64,000 nt of DNA from Octopus vulgaris. Lineage: Eukaryota. A program made the position numbers and the translations under genes. The stretch covers positions 36,208,001 through 36,272,000 of the forward strand of contig OX597817.1 of NCBI GenBank assembly GCA_951406725.2. Direction: 5' to 3'. Shown piece after piece: positions 41,055-58,429 of this stretch (position 1 is the first letter of the stretch; every line of letters starts with the position of its first letter). Below the pieces are notes generated by a model, which was given only the letters and a program-made list of their open reading frames with translations, was not told where the DNA came from and did no database searches.

Positions 41055-41254
41055 ACAAGCACATATTTGTGACGCATACATATTTGTGACTTTTTTTATA
41101 AAAGTATATAATATATATTTATATTTGTACACATTTATGAGACTGCTAATTTTATTTCCAATATATTTCATTATTATGCGAGGATTTACATTAACACATG
41201 CATACAGTCGAAAACACACATATGTATATATAAATATATTTGTGTACAGTCGTA

Positions 41255-41620
41255 ACTATGTGGTAAGAAGTCTGCTTCCCAATCACATGGTTCCGGGTTC
41301 AGTCCTACTGCAAGGCATCTAAGGCAAATATCTTCTACCATATCCTCGGGCCAACCAAAGCTTTGTGAATGGATTTCGTCAACGGAAACTGAAAGAAGCC
41401 CATAGTATATATCTATGCATGTGTATCTCTGTGTCTGTGTTTATCCCCTGCCACCTCTTGACAACCGGTGGTGGTGTGTTTATGCGCCCGTCACCTAGCT
41501 GTTCGACAAAAGACCGGTAGAATAAGTACTAAGCTTAAACCATAAGTATTGGACTCGATCCGTTCGACTAAAACCTTCTAATTCGGTGTTACTCTAATGA
41601 CTGAAACGAATAAAATAATA
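41255..41620 (+). mobile_element. SINE family A, diverged
   Basis: Homologous over the full length. Confidence 0.8.
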
Positions 41621-42200
41621 AAAGGAAGATGTATTTGTATATACATACATTAAAAAAAAAAGAGAGAATATCTAGGCTGAACTATTGAGATTACAAGTTC
41701 AGTTTTATACCTGTAATTATTGGGGCCCTGAGATATATAACGCACTGCCTAACTACCAATCTTGAGAAATTAGGCTTCTTAAAACCAGAAAGGGGAGACT
41801 GTAAAATTCTGTAAAATTTTCCAGAAGCTTATCATTCAAATATATAAACTTTCTATAAGTGCGTATGACACCGGGACTCAAACATTAGCCCGTCTCTTTA
41901 GGGTCAGAATATATTTCAGTCCACGATAGCTAATGTTACTCAACGAGGTGCGAGTATGACCCCAAATTGAGTAATGCACCCACATCTGGGACTGTGTCGC
42001 TGCTTCGCACACTGATATTTAGATCTATCTAAAGAAGCACTATTCAGTTGATTGACATACCTAGATTAATGGCCACACTCCAGCTTCAGGCCAACAAATG
42101 TGCTGTCTCCTATCTTACGTTTTAAAATACAGAGCTGGTAGAAACGTTACTGCGCCGGGCGAAATGCTTAATGGTATTTCGTCTGTCATTACGTTTTTAT

Positions 42201-42366
42201 AGGCGCAGGAGTGGCTGTGTGGTAAGTAGCTTGCTTACCAGTCACATGGTTCCAGGTTTAGTCCCACTGCGTGGCACTTTGGGCAAGTATCTTCTACTAT
42301 AGCCTCGGGCTGACCAAAGCCTTGTGAGTGGATTTGGTAGATAGAAACTGAAAGAAGCTCATCATA

Positions 42367-42431
<65 letters not shown>

Positions 42432-42652
42432 GTGTGTGTGTGTGTATATGTTTGTGTGTATGTGTTTGAACCCCCCCAACATCGCTTGACAACTGATGCT
42501 GGTGTGTTTATGTCCCCGTAACCTAGCGGTTCGACAAAAGAGACCGATAGAGTTAGTACTAGGCTTACAAAGATTTGCTTGATTAAAGGCGGTGCTCCAG
42601 CATGGCCGCAGTCAAATGACTGAAACAGGTAAAAGAGTAAAGAGTAAAAGAG
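42201..42652 (+). mobile_element. SINE family A, preceded by a SINE B head fragment (42132-42195)
   Basis: Full match to the family sequence. Confidence 0.9.
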
Positions 42653-44296
42653 CTATCTCTCCCTCCTGGAATAACAAATATTCACTGTCAAGTAAGGTTT
42701 TCAAAATAAATAAATAAATAGATAAATAAATAAAAAGAAAAAAACAATTTATGACTATCGGTCGCCATTTTGGGGACGGGTCTGAAGAATGAAGGTGTAG
42801 GAAGGCAACGGTTTGAACTAAGCCCAACCAGATATCATTCTGGTGACATCAAAGTAGGCTGTCTCAAATATGATGTATGTAATATAATCATGTATACACA
42901 CACACACACACACACATATACGCATATATGTGTAGTTATTTTTCGTACATATTCATAACTGCTGCTACGGAAATTGAATAAAACATTTACGTATTAATAA
43001 AGGGAAATGGAACATACATTGAAATATACGAACATAGGTGTATGTTCGTGCGTTTATATACAAATACATACATACACACACAGACACACACTCACACATA
43101 TATATCCACACACACACAGATATATAACCAAATATATGTATATAAACGCTATACATGTCGTTTCATACTAACCCACGCCATTTCCTGCATACACAAATTA
43201 TACATATACTACGTATATACATATTTTGAAGCATGAAATAGTCATGCATTTAAAATATTACTGTAGATGAGGTAGAAACATAATGGCTGACATCAATATT
43301 ACTAAATATTTGCATATTTATAAGAAGCTTTTTACCATTTCTAAAGCTATCGAGATGTTTAGCAGAATGTGACTTGACAACAAGCCGATAAAGCATGACA
43401 AAACAATCTGTAACTATTTCCACGCACACTGAAGCAAAGACAGAGAATTCACAGACATTACAGATATAGATAAGCAGAAATATAGAGATAACTATGTATT
43501 CACACATATACACGAACATAGAGTATGACGCAGTAAAGCAGAAACACACAGAAAAAGTTACATGAGCAAAAATATTGATAAACATATTACACATTCGCAT
43601 AGTGAGAGACAAATACAGAGAGATACACTCACACATGACATACTCACATAAAAACAAGAAAAAATAAAATAAGGAAAACTAAGAATATTACATGCTTGCT
43701 AGAATCGATCGTGAAATATTTCTTGTATTTATTATATTATTTAACATGAGATAACATAATTTTTCGAATTTTCTATCAGCAAACACAAACAACTACTTTA
43801 TTACTGAAATGGAAGAATTTTCTTTATCAGTGGAAGAGAAGTTGACAAGAACCTCTAGTAAAGTATAAAATTTGGATAGAGCATACAGGAGCAGAACAGA
43901 AAATTAACGTGACTTAATTAGCAATAAATAAATAAATAAATAAATAATTGAATAATTAAATGAATAAACACAGCTCCCGACTGAGAGATCGCTTCTATGG
44001 TTAACGAATGTCTTAATGCATGCAAAGGAATGAATGTAAAGAAACAGAACGACTAAACGGCCAAATTGTGAGAGTGGAACTGAACAAATAAAGCCTCGCA
44101 GAAACTAAAGTACGCACACACGCGCGCGTACATACACACACGTATATAAATGAGTGGACAAACGAAAGGAAAGGCTACTCAAAACATTAGTAGGAGTTAC
44201 ATGCATTATTTAAAAGAGTTTGATTTGGTTTAATGCGACTCTAACAGAAGCTCGTCTCTTTCAGGCTATAAGACAGGCTTCTCTTTAGAGGTTGGC

Positions 44297-44415
44297 AAAG
44301 CGTAGGCTCGAAACGTTAAATACTTTTTTCACTTCCCGAGCGTTAAACTAATACATCTGTTTGTTGTCTACACCACCTGTCTTCGTCTTTTGCTTTTTTT
44401 GTGAATTCTCCCCCG

Positions 44416-44465
<50 letters not shown>

Positions 44466-44540
44466 TGTACATACATACATATATATGTATATATATATAC
44501 ATATATGTACATACATATATATGTATATATATATATATAT

Positions 44541-44598
<58 letters not shown>

Positions 44599-45458
44599 GG
44601 GTGTGTGTGATTGTGTATAGAAGAATATATTAATAAAAGGAATTCCAACCTTGTCTGATTTTCACGTTTTATTATGATGATATAATTTAATATAATATAA
44701 TGTAATAAAATAAAATAAAATAATAGAATGTTAAATGTTCATTCTGATTGAACTAGTACTTTCATGCATTAAATTCTGCAATCTTCAGGTTCATGTAGTA
44801 GTGGTGACAGTCATGTTTACAATTTTTGACTGTCGCGAGATGATTGAATCTGTGCCTTAAATACAGCTGTGTAGGCTCCAGATAGCTAGGTTTTGCAAAC
44901 TGTATTCTGACCAATCAGTGTGTAGTATCACTCAATTACTTAAGCTGATTGGTTGGTTTAGCTGATTGGTTTAGGCGTCACGCTTTGTTGAACATGTCAA
45001 GAGTTAACCCTGGCCGAGGCAGCAATTGTTGGGCTATTTTTTAAAATGTTGTAAATAGCCTTTGTCAGAGATTTTTATATTTTTATATTTCAATTGTCAT
45101 CATCATCATTGTCAGCACCTTAATTATTGTTGCTAGTGGTGATGGTGGTGGCAATATAACTTTTAACCCTAAATAAGATAATTTTCCTTCTAAGTATTAT
45201 TATTATTGCTTATTTAGCTTGGGTTCGAATTTATCAATAAAACTCTTTTCTCTGATTTTCCTCTCGATTTCTATTAACATTCTATTATTTTATTTTATTT
45301 TATTATATTATATTATCTTATATCATTATAAGATTGTAAATAAAACGTGAAAATCAGACAAGGCTGGAATTCCTTTTATTAATATATATATATATATATA
45401 TAGGGAGAATTCACAACAAAAAAAAGCAAAAGACGAAGACAGGTGGTGTAGACAACAA
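44297..45458. mobile_element. Nested PLE structure: outer inverted 'family P' ends around (TA)n, inner PLE 3' end with inverted partial pLTR
   Basis: Outer IR 44361-44412/45403-45458; inner IR 44625-44734/45274-45385. Minus strand ~45210-45270 reads IERKIREKSFIDKFEPKLN. CCAAT boxes at 44907-44970. Confidence 0.8.
44749..44793 (-). ncRNA. Minimal type I hammerhead ribozyme (canonical core)
   Basis: tgaac CTGAAGA t tgca-gaatttaa-tgca t GAAA gtac T A gttca. Confidence 0.8.
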
Positions 45459-45614
45459 AAATATCTCTGTGCTACACTGAATCGTCCTGAGAACTACCTT
45501 AAGGTTATACCTGTTTGTGGAGTGCTCAGCCACTTGTATGTTAATTCCACGAGCAAGCTGTTCCGTAGATCGGCTCAGCTAGAACTCTCGTCGTCGTAAT
45601 CGACGGAGTGCCAG

Positions 45615-45678
<64 letters not shown>

Positions 45679-45936
45679 ATATGTATATAAAGTGCAGTAC
45701 AGTCACGCTTCACTTGTGAGTAAGTAAACCTTATTTATATGCTTGATATACGTTTGCCAATTGATTCAGGCACCTATAGAGCCACCCTTTCAATCCCAGT
45801 ACGCTTTATCCAGTAGAACCTTCAGAATGTTACCGCTGGAGGGTGAGAGAGCAGCACCGTTTGGAACTCATTACAACTAAGTGAACTGGAGCAACATGAA
45901 ATATAATGTGTTGCTCACGTACCACACACATACACG

Positions 45937-45987
<51 letters not shown>

Positions 45988-46164
45988 CTCACTCACATTG
46001 ATGCCAGTTTTTGCTTGCTCATAGCCTTTCACAGCTTTATATCATATAGTAAAATGCTGTTCATCGCATCTCCACACTCCTATCTTTCTGCGTGCATGCT
46101 CATCAGTGAATTCATAATTAGACTCGCAATTTTCATGGAAGAATAGTTTTAAGATGTTTGTTTC

Positions 46165-46560
46165 ATTTCTTTCCTTTTGTGTGTTTCAGTCATTAGACTA
46201 CGATCTTGCTAGAGCACTGCCTTGAAGGATTATAGTCGAACAAAATCGACCCCGATATTTATTTTCGTAAAGCCTGGTAATAATTCTATCGGGTTCTTTT
46301 GCCGAACCGCTAAGTTACAGGGACACAAACACACCAACACTGGTTGTCAAACACAGGGAGACAAACACAAACACGAAGACATAGACACAGCCACACACAC
46401 ACGCACGCATGCACACGTACACACATACACACACACGCATGCACACGTACACACATACACACACAGAGAAGACACTTACCCAAGGTGCCATGGAGTGGGA
46501 CGGAACCTAGAACTCTGTGATTGGGATGCATACTTCTTACTACACAGCCACGCCTGGGCC
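46165..46560 (-). mobile_element. SINE family A, diverged
   Basis: Reverse-complement tail, body and head are present. Confidence 0.75.
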
Positions 46561-47364
46561 TATGAGCCACTGTGAATAGCTAGCGCAAAGTTATGGACCT
46601 GTAGTGCTCTACTAATTATTTCATTTTTACTTACATTTGCTTGCCTTATGAGGAGCCAGTTTAGTATGTCAGTCTGTCCTTCCATAGTTCTTTGAATAAT
46701 TGTTATTATTGACATTTTATAGTAAGTGAAAATCTTGGTACCAGTAGCAAAATATGAAGATACCAGATAATAGACCAGAACGAATTTAGATCTTCCTGGG
46801 AAGACACTTTTTTAAAACTATTTTATGCTTATTCATCTTCGCAACTACGGCTTGTGGACTGGAAGCCAAATGACGGCTTATACTGGCTTTTTGTGATATC
46901 TCTCTCCGCAGCAGAGGTTTTCACTCTTCAATTCATGCTTCAGAGGTATTAGTTCTCTCCCCAAATTTAGAGCAGAATCTCTGTGTATTCTTGGCAATTT
47001 TTCTATAAAATGTTGGTGCACAGTGAACTTATGAATGTATTTTTTCCCTACACCTTATTATAGTATTTAACTGTCCAATTCTGCGGCAAAGGGTATTTAT
47101 GGATATATGTTTGCATCATTTATGCATACATACGTATATATGTATGTATGTGTATATATATATATATATATATATACACAAAAACACACACACATACACA
47201 TATACAAGCATATATATATATATATATATATATAAATCAAATGTGAGGATAAAATTCTTTTCGAAAAAAATATTTTCTCGAAAACAATTTTATCAATGGC
47301 CAGCATATTAAAAAATACCTTTAACGGTTAAATTTATATAATTCATAAATGAGGGCAAGGGTAT

Positions 47365-47431
<67 letters not shown>

Positions 47432-48179
47432 TGTGTTTGTGTCTGTGTGTCTTGTGTAATACACCAACCTATATGAAAAAGCATAATAATATATATTATG
47501 AATTATGTTTCTATTTTCGATCTTTCTGTATTTGATAAACATTACACGAAATAAAGTACATAAAATATATGTTGCATTCGATTATTTTTTTTCGTTTCTG
47601 AACTACTCCACCATTTTAAGATGATGATGAAAAAACCACAGAATCAAAAACTCAAACCCAGAGAGAAATCAGGGAAAAAATCGAAATGTTATGACTAAAG
47701 AAAATTTTAGCTGAAAAAGCAAATGATTGACATAAACATATGTGTAGTTATATTTGAAATTTATTGATTATATTTTAGATGTGCTTCATATCAGTGTATA
47801 CACTTAGTTAAAATTTTATTTGTTGACTTTATAGAGTGTGAATTTAGTATATAAGTTTCATAATGAATAAAGGAAAACGGATGGAGGTCAATGGTCTCGG
47901 AGTTAATGAATAAGGAAACGGAATCTCGAGTCTTTTATAGGATAGGTTGTAAAGAAACTTCTACCAATGGTGCACAACACGGAAGTATCAAGGAGACATT
48001 TTTACTCACTTCAAAAAGACATATTTCACAGCCCATTGAATCGATTGGTTGTAGCAAAGCGATGAATACTCCAATACATCAAATAGTAGACTTGTGTGTG
48101 ATTCTCACCAAATACTCAGATACGCACTATTGATTCTGTATTATATAGACCACGAAGACATAACCGCATATATACATAC

Positions 48180-48237
<58 letters not shown>

Positions 48238-48242
<5 letters not shown>

Positions 48243-48545
48243 TCAAAAAGGGTCGAATTAATTAATTGTTAATAAATTCGATCAACATACGTATACCATT
48301 TACGGTATATTTGAAGTATTAATTTATAAAATATGGTAAAGTAAAAGAATTCACTTTACCACACATACTTTTCAGAAATAGCAGCCAAAAATTTGGCTAT
48401 TTCTTCAACTGCAAATAAAAGTCTCCAGACAATGCATACTCAGAAAAAAACTCACATGAGTTTTTCGAGTATGCATTGTCTGGAGTTTATTTCAGTTGAA
48501 AAATATTGCTAACATAATTCTTTACTTTACCATATTTTTATAAAT
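48238..48545. repeat. Fold-back element between (TA)n arrays (nested hairpins)
   Basis: IRs 48322-48351/48516-48545 and a perfect 19-bp stem 48423-48441/48467-48485. Confidence 0.8.
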
Positions 48546-51981
<3,436 letters not shown>

Positions 51982-52081
51982 NNNNNNNNNNNNNNNNNNN
52001 NNNNNNNNNNNNNNNNNNNNNNNNNNNNNNNNNNNNNNNNNNNNNNNNNNNNNNNNNNNNNNNNNNNNNNNNNNNNNNNNN
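51982..52081. other. Assembly gap (100 N)
   Basis: Run of N. Confidence 1.
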
Positions 52082-52351
52082 CACACATATACATCCTCTA
52101 TTTGTTTCTGACGTTAGACTTCGGCTGTGCTGATGCAACGCCTTCAAGAATTTTAGTCGAACAAATCGATGCCAGTAATTGTTTTGTTAATACCTGGTGC
52201 TTATTCTTTCAGCATCTTTTGCCGAACCGCTAGGTTACAGGGACGTAAATACATCAACACCAGCTGTCATGAAGTGGAGCTTGCACAAGCACAGATACAG
52301 AGACACACATATAGATATACACACACGCGTGTGCGCATATATATATATATG

Positions 52352-52674
52352 TTAAATATAATGAGACAACAAAGCCAAGGCCGTGTGGAATTTATAGAAT
52401 ATATAAAGAAAAGGTAGTCTTACAGCTGTTTCTGGGATATTAGGGACATTCCTTCATCAGAGACAATATGAGAGAGTTTACTAGAGTGGAATAGTAGAGT
52501 TCAATATCAGGAGTTATTTTAGAAGTTTAAAGGGAAATAAGAGAATAAAAGTAAAAATAAAAATAAAAATATATGTAGGATGTTACAGTTGCAGTTCCAC
52601 TATCCAATGAAAGTGGTGTATAGAATGGGTAGGAAGGTTTTTTTAACCTTGATATATAGGTTCCGATGGGAGTT

Positions 52675-52680
<6 letters not shown>
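52352..52680 (-). mobile_element. (TA)n-bounded non-coding PLE pLTR fragment carrying a hammerhead
   Basis: TA runs on both sides; hammerhead at 52417-52464. Confidence 0.65.
52417..52464 (-). ncRNA. Minimal type I hammerhead ribozyme (canonical core)
   Basis: gtct CTGATGA a ggaat-gtccctaat-atccc a GAAA cagctg T A agac. Confidence 0.8.
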
Positions 52681-52711
<31 letters not shown>

Positions 52712-52890
52712 ATATCTATATCTATATATCTATATATCTATACATATATATACATACATATACATATGACGGGCTTCCAGCCACATGGCTTCGGTCAGCT
52801 CGAGGCTATAATGGAAGACACTTGCCCAAGCGGCGGGACAGAACCCGGAAACATGTTGTGGAAACTATGCTTTTTACCACACACCCAGGC

Positions 52891-52938
<48 letters not shown>

Positions 52939-55048
52939 ACATACATATATATATATATATAGTTCAATGTGGGTTTTCGTGTGTTCGGCTGTATGTATGT
53001 ATGTATGTATGTATGTATGTATGTATATACATATGTTTGGGTGCCTATGTGTACATAAAATACATAATTTAATTATGCCACAGTTTTTAACGTCTTGGCT
53101 GTGGAATGGAAATGAATTTAAAGCCATGTGATCTTCTTCGTATTGAATAAAATAACGAAGATTATCCTAACATATTTTTTAGCTTGTGTGCTATTCGTTA
53201 TATATTTTCTCCTCATTCCTGAGCGCATGAAGAAAATTTACAGCAATTCGCTATTTAAATAATATTCATAAACCTCTCGTTGAAATGCGAAAGATATTTG
53301 CATGTAGCGCAATTGCCAACGGCGTGATTAAAAAAATAAATAAATAAAATATGCAGACAACAGCCTGTATTAGATAATATAAATGGATATTCTAAAGAAT
53401 GAACAAAGTTATTTGTGTAAGGCTTTCTCTCTTTCTCCCTTTCTCTCTCTCTCTCGCTTTCTCTCTCTCTTTATATATATATATATATCACACACACATA
53501 TATATAAATGCATACATATACATATATATGTATATAAATGTACATACATTTGTACGTGTATCTATTAATATATATATATCGATATAGATATACATACATA
53601 CATACATACATACATACATACATACATACATACATACATACATACATACATACATACACACACATACAAATATACATATACAAATGGTTGTTTACTCGAG
53701 TTGCTCAGTCGAAACTTGCGTAGACAGCAATTTTTTGAGACGATAAACATATCCACCAAACGTAGAGAGTTCTACATGTTTGTATATAACGTGTAGAAGA
53801 ATTGCCTACCATGACTATTTTTACATCATGATGTTTCCTCTCCGTCACTCCCTGTCTCTCACTCCTTTGGGAGTTATAGAAATCTACAATATAGGATTTC
53901 TTCAATTACAATTTACCTAGCATTTTAAAGAGTAGAATGCATCGGGTCATGCCAGGTCCAGTTTTTAAAATTTAAACTCCAATTAAGCAAAATTTACAGA
54001 AAACTCACATTCTGGTGTGTATGTCAAATGCTTTTCTTAGTCTGGTTTACACCACACGCAAACGCACACACACAGTGTGCAACGAATAAAATGAAAGTAA
54101 ATAGCGACAGAGTGATTTGAGGAAGACTAAACTGAAAGTATTTAAACCACTACTCAAAAAAATAAAGAAACACAGCAAACAGAAACAAATAAATACATAA
54201 CGATTTACTCCTCACACAATTTCTTCAATTAGAGTGTACCCATGATTTTTCAGAGTACTTCAGTGGGTGATGCCATAAAAAATTTCTTTCAATTTTACCA
54301 CCAATTAAGACAAAATTCGAGAAAACTCAATATTTTAACATATCACTCCGAAAGCATTGATGTACATGTGTGCGTGTGCGTGAGTGTGTGTGTGTCATTC
54401 CTCACACACACGCATACACATACATATACAACTACATACAACTACATACACACATACAACTACATACAAACACGTGTGTGTTTGTTATTTAAAAAGGCGC
54501 CAAAACACAACTCACTTATCATTCCAACACATTGGCAAAGACACACGGACGGACAGAAAAGGTAAATTGGTTTTTATTTTACTCTATATATATTTTATTA
54601 TATACTATTATATATAGATATATGTATATATAATTGCAGTATGAAACAGTGTTTATGTATAAACAGACGACACTTATATATAGTTATTAAAATAAGAGAT
54701 TAATAAATGTATGCATCCGTTTAACCCTTTCGTTACCAAGCCGCCCGAATTTACCTATTCATATTTAAATGAGAATATCAGAGCAAATCTCTTTAGTACA
54801 TTCGTGAAAACACGTATTATACTTCGTAAACACTTCAACTACAGTTTTGTACAAAAATCGAAGTGTAATTTTAATTCCGTGAATTATGGGAGATTTTTTT
54901 CGAAATTTGTTCCTATTGTGTTTTCAAAATTTGTAATTCTGACAAAAAATGGATATGAATTTCATTATATCAAGCAGCGAGTCAGAATTCGAAGGATTTT
55001 CTACTGAACACCTTCATAAATCTAACTCTATGAATGAAAAAAAAATAT

Positions 55049-55277
55049 TCTTTATATAAGAGTGAAGTTGTGTGTCTGTCTCCTACGATTTAGATTCCTA
55101 ACTACTCCCACATTTTGCGGTGCAGTTTAACCAAAAGCGGGTATCTTATAGTCGTGATTCATATCGAGCCCTTCTGGGTATTAGCGTGCGTCTACGATGA
55201 GTCTACGATTTAAAAAAAATTTACCATCATATTTTTCCATTTTAATGCATTTTTTTCGCTTTTATATAAGGGAAGTA

Positions 55278-55278
<1 letters not shown>
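55049..55278 (+). mobile_element. Probable Helitron-derived fragment
   Basis: TC + tatataa + gtgtgtctgtc start; aaaaatttaccatcat..tttttccatt is shared with the 9071 family. Confidence 0.5.
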
Positions 55279-55325
<47 letters not shown>

Positions 55326-55349
55326 TCAAAGGCAAATATACAACACACA

Positions 55350-58344
55350 CACATCCCTCTCCCATATATATATGTATATATAAAAGGCAGGATGAGTGTG
55401 TGTGTGTGTACGTGAATGTAATTTGTGCACGTACACAAATTAGCTTCAATTTTAGGAGTACATTCGTGACGACCCTAGCTGTATTTTCATCAAGGCACCC
55501 GCGAGTAGCGGTAAAAACCGATTTTCAACCTTAACTTTTACCAATTTTGAAGTTTGCTAACATGAGTTAAGTCCCTTCTTTCCATAACGAAGTGAAAATG
55601 TGTGTGTGTGTGTATGAGGGAGAGAGAGAAGTTGTGTTGATTTATGTGTGTGTGTGAGAGAGAGAGAGTGACAGTGTTCACCAAAAATATAAATGTAATT
55701 TTTTTTTCTTATACACGAGATATATTATTCAAATTTAGGATGCTTTTGAAACACTATATTTTATAATCAGATTATATATACTTTCTCACATAACAATTAA
55801 AACATTTATTTTAAATCATTTATTTTAAATCGTTCATCTTTCACCCCCCCTCTCTCGCACACACACATTACTTTGGGCGCGACAGTGTTTTGTTTTTATT
55901 TTACACCGAGGAAAAAAGTGTTTTGTTGAGAATCCATTCATTTAACAATATAGAAACAAAGAGGTAGGTGACAATTTGTCAGTGAATTACACAATGTAAA
56001 TGGGTAAAATTCCCGAGACTCTACCTCTCCCTACCCCGTTTTTCGGGCCACGAAAAGGGTTTTGTAGCATATTAGGAGGCCAGGGTAGTTGATTCTACGC
56101 AAAAAATCCGATGTTTTTTCTTAGTGAAAATTGTGCGAGTGTTATCTAAAAATTTGCCTGGAGTTTTTCATGGTAAATTTGAGATTAAAAACAAATGTTT
56201 TCCATATTCTTAATCTCCGTATTTTTCTACGTACATTGAAAATAGATGTTGAAAAGATCAATGGTTATGGGGGATGAAATTCCTGAGGCTTCCACCACAC
56301 CACACCCCGTTTTTCGAACCACAAAAAGGGTTTTGTAGCATATTAGGAGGCCAGGGTAGTTGACTCCACGCAAAAAATCCGATTTTTTTTTCTTAGTGAC
56401 AATCGTGCAAGTGCTAATCTAAAAATTTAATCTAAAACCTTTTTTCCATTCATTCCTGTTTATGAAATTCTCTGTACTTAATTTTGCTTTCTCCGTGTTC
56501 AAGGTAAATGATGACTGGAAAAGCTTCAGTGCCCTAATGCTGACATTGGATACAGTGACCTGATCTACAATAATGCGCTGATTGAAATCGAGGATGCCCT
56601 GCTCAAAATAGGTGGGGCATTCGATTTGCCATCCTCAGTGTGACAGGACGTTAATACACACCTACCAATGTTACATCTGGAGTTGTCGTATGACGCTGAT
56701 GGCCTTGCGGAGTACCTGAGAGTAAATGAACTGAAATTGCTCCCTGATCAAAGGCTGGTGTACGAAACTGTCGTCAGTGCCGTTGGAAAACAGGCGGGCG
56801 GCATTTTTTTCCTCTATGCTGCTAGAGGTACCGGCAAATCCTTTGTAACACAATTAATACTTGCTAAGATTCGTCGCGAGAAACAAACTGCGCTAGCCGT
56901 TGCTTCCTCGGGAATCGCTGCTACGTTATTGCCACCAGGTAGGACGGCGCACTCGGCATTCAATCTGTCTTTACATTTGGTGAGGGCCGAGGTTCCTACT
57001 TGTAACAGTGCAGAAAATTCAGAGGAAGCTGAAGTTCTTTCTTAGACAGTGCTGTCTCATTGTATGGGACGAATGCACAATGACCAATAAGGGTGCCCTT
57101 GAGGCACTGGACTGGTCACTGAAAGGTATCAGGGATTCTACAGCTTCTATAGGTGGTATAACTCTATTGCTTTCGGGAGATAACCGCCGAACCCTTCCTC
57201 TCATCCCTAAAGGTAGCCGGGCTGATGAAGTGCGCGCATGCCTTAAGTCGTCTACGTTGTGGCCCCAGGTTAATGCGCGCGCATTTGCTTCATGATAGAA
57301 CGTCTGCAGCATTTGCTGAAGATATTTTAGCCCTTGGAGAAGGCAAGGTCCCTAGGAACGATAGGGGCGACATATCCATCTCTGAACTGTGCAACACCGT
57401 GGACAACCCTTCAAATCTTTTGGAAACAGTGTTCCCCAATCTGGAAAGTAATTATGCGGACATCAATTGGCTCAGAGAAAGAACCATCCTGCCCCCCCCA
57501 CCAAACATAGCTGTGAGTGCTATCAACGACCTGCTCATAAGCCGAATTCCGGGTGAGGAGCGCATCTACAAATCGATTGACCGGGCCTCTGACCCCCAAG
57601 ACATTGTCAATTACACTATCGAGTTTCTTTACTCATTGGGGCCAGCAGGGCTTCCACCTCACATTCTTGGGTTGGATGCCCAATTATGCTAATCAGAAAC
57701 TTACTTCCGCCTAAACAGTACAACGGGACCCGCTTAATAATCAAGTACATGACGCCACACTTGTTAATGGGTGCGGGAGGGGGTGAACATGTTTTCATTT
57801 CAAGGATGCAGCTTTATCCCTCGGAGTCAGACATGCCGTTTAACTTCCGCAGACCGCAGTTCCCGGTGAGACCATGCTTCACCATGTCCATCAACAAATC
57901 CCAAGGCCAAACACTATCGGTGGCAGGCATCCATTTGTGGTTTTCTATTCAATCAGGATAAAAATTGATAAACCGATTCCTTATAGGATTTCCCACTAAA
58001 ATTGACTACACCCCATTTTCAACCAAATTTTTTTACCAATTTTGACATATTTTGTTCAAACATAATGCCAGCATTACTTAGGACTCATGGGATCTTTGAA
58101 TGCTTTAAGTTCTCAAAAAAAAAAAAAAAGAAAACAGTCGATGAGTGGAAATAATCGATAAACCGATTCCTTATGGGATTTCCCAATCAAATTGCTTGCA
58201 ACCCATTTTCAGCCAAATGTTTACGAATTTCAACGGATTTCGCTCAAATTTGATGTCGGTGTAACTTATTTTGGTTTGAATTAAAGCGCTTGATCCCTTA
58301 ATAATCTTAACTTGATCCCGGGCAACGCTGGGATATACTGCTAG
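55350..58344 (+). mobile_element. Deleted Helitron with PIF1-like helicase remnant (5' boundary approximate)
   Basis: 3' end cccgggcaacgctggg..tactgCTAG|T. Start tatataaaaggcag resembles the 9071 family. Internal direct repeats at ~55995/56270 and ~57965/58155. Confidence 0.82.
56560..57940 (+). pseudogene. Helitron RepHel PIF1-family helicase pseudogene (multiple frameshifts)
   Basis: FFLYAARGTGKSF, AVASSGIAATLL, GRTAHSAF, LIVWDECTM, NGTRL, QFPVRPCFTMSINKSQGQTL. Confidence 0.9.
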
Positions 58345-58429
58345 TATATACATATATATTTATCGTCTGTAGAAAAATAAATCCGATAGAAGAAGCACAC
58401 TCCGAGATATAGATCAGTATATACTAAAA

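Noticed and set aside
53690-54620. Possible minus-strand Helitron
   Set aside because: The 5' TC-tatatataa is plausible but no 3' CTRR/hairpin could be identified.
54720-54760. TTAA-CCCTT piggyBac-like end
   Set aside because: No matching opposite TIR found.
56668-57961. Host PIF1 helicase gene
   Set aside because: Intronless, frameshifted and enclosed by a Helitron 3' terminus.
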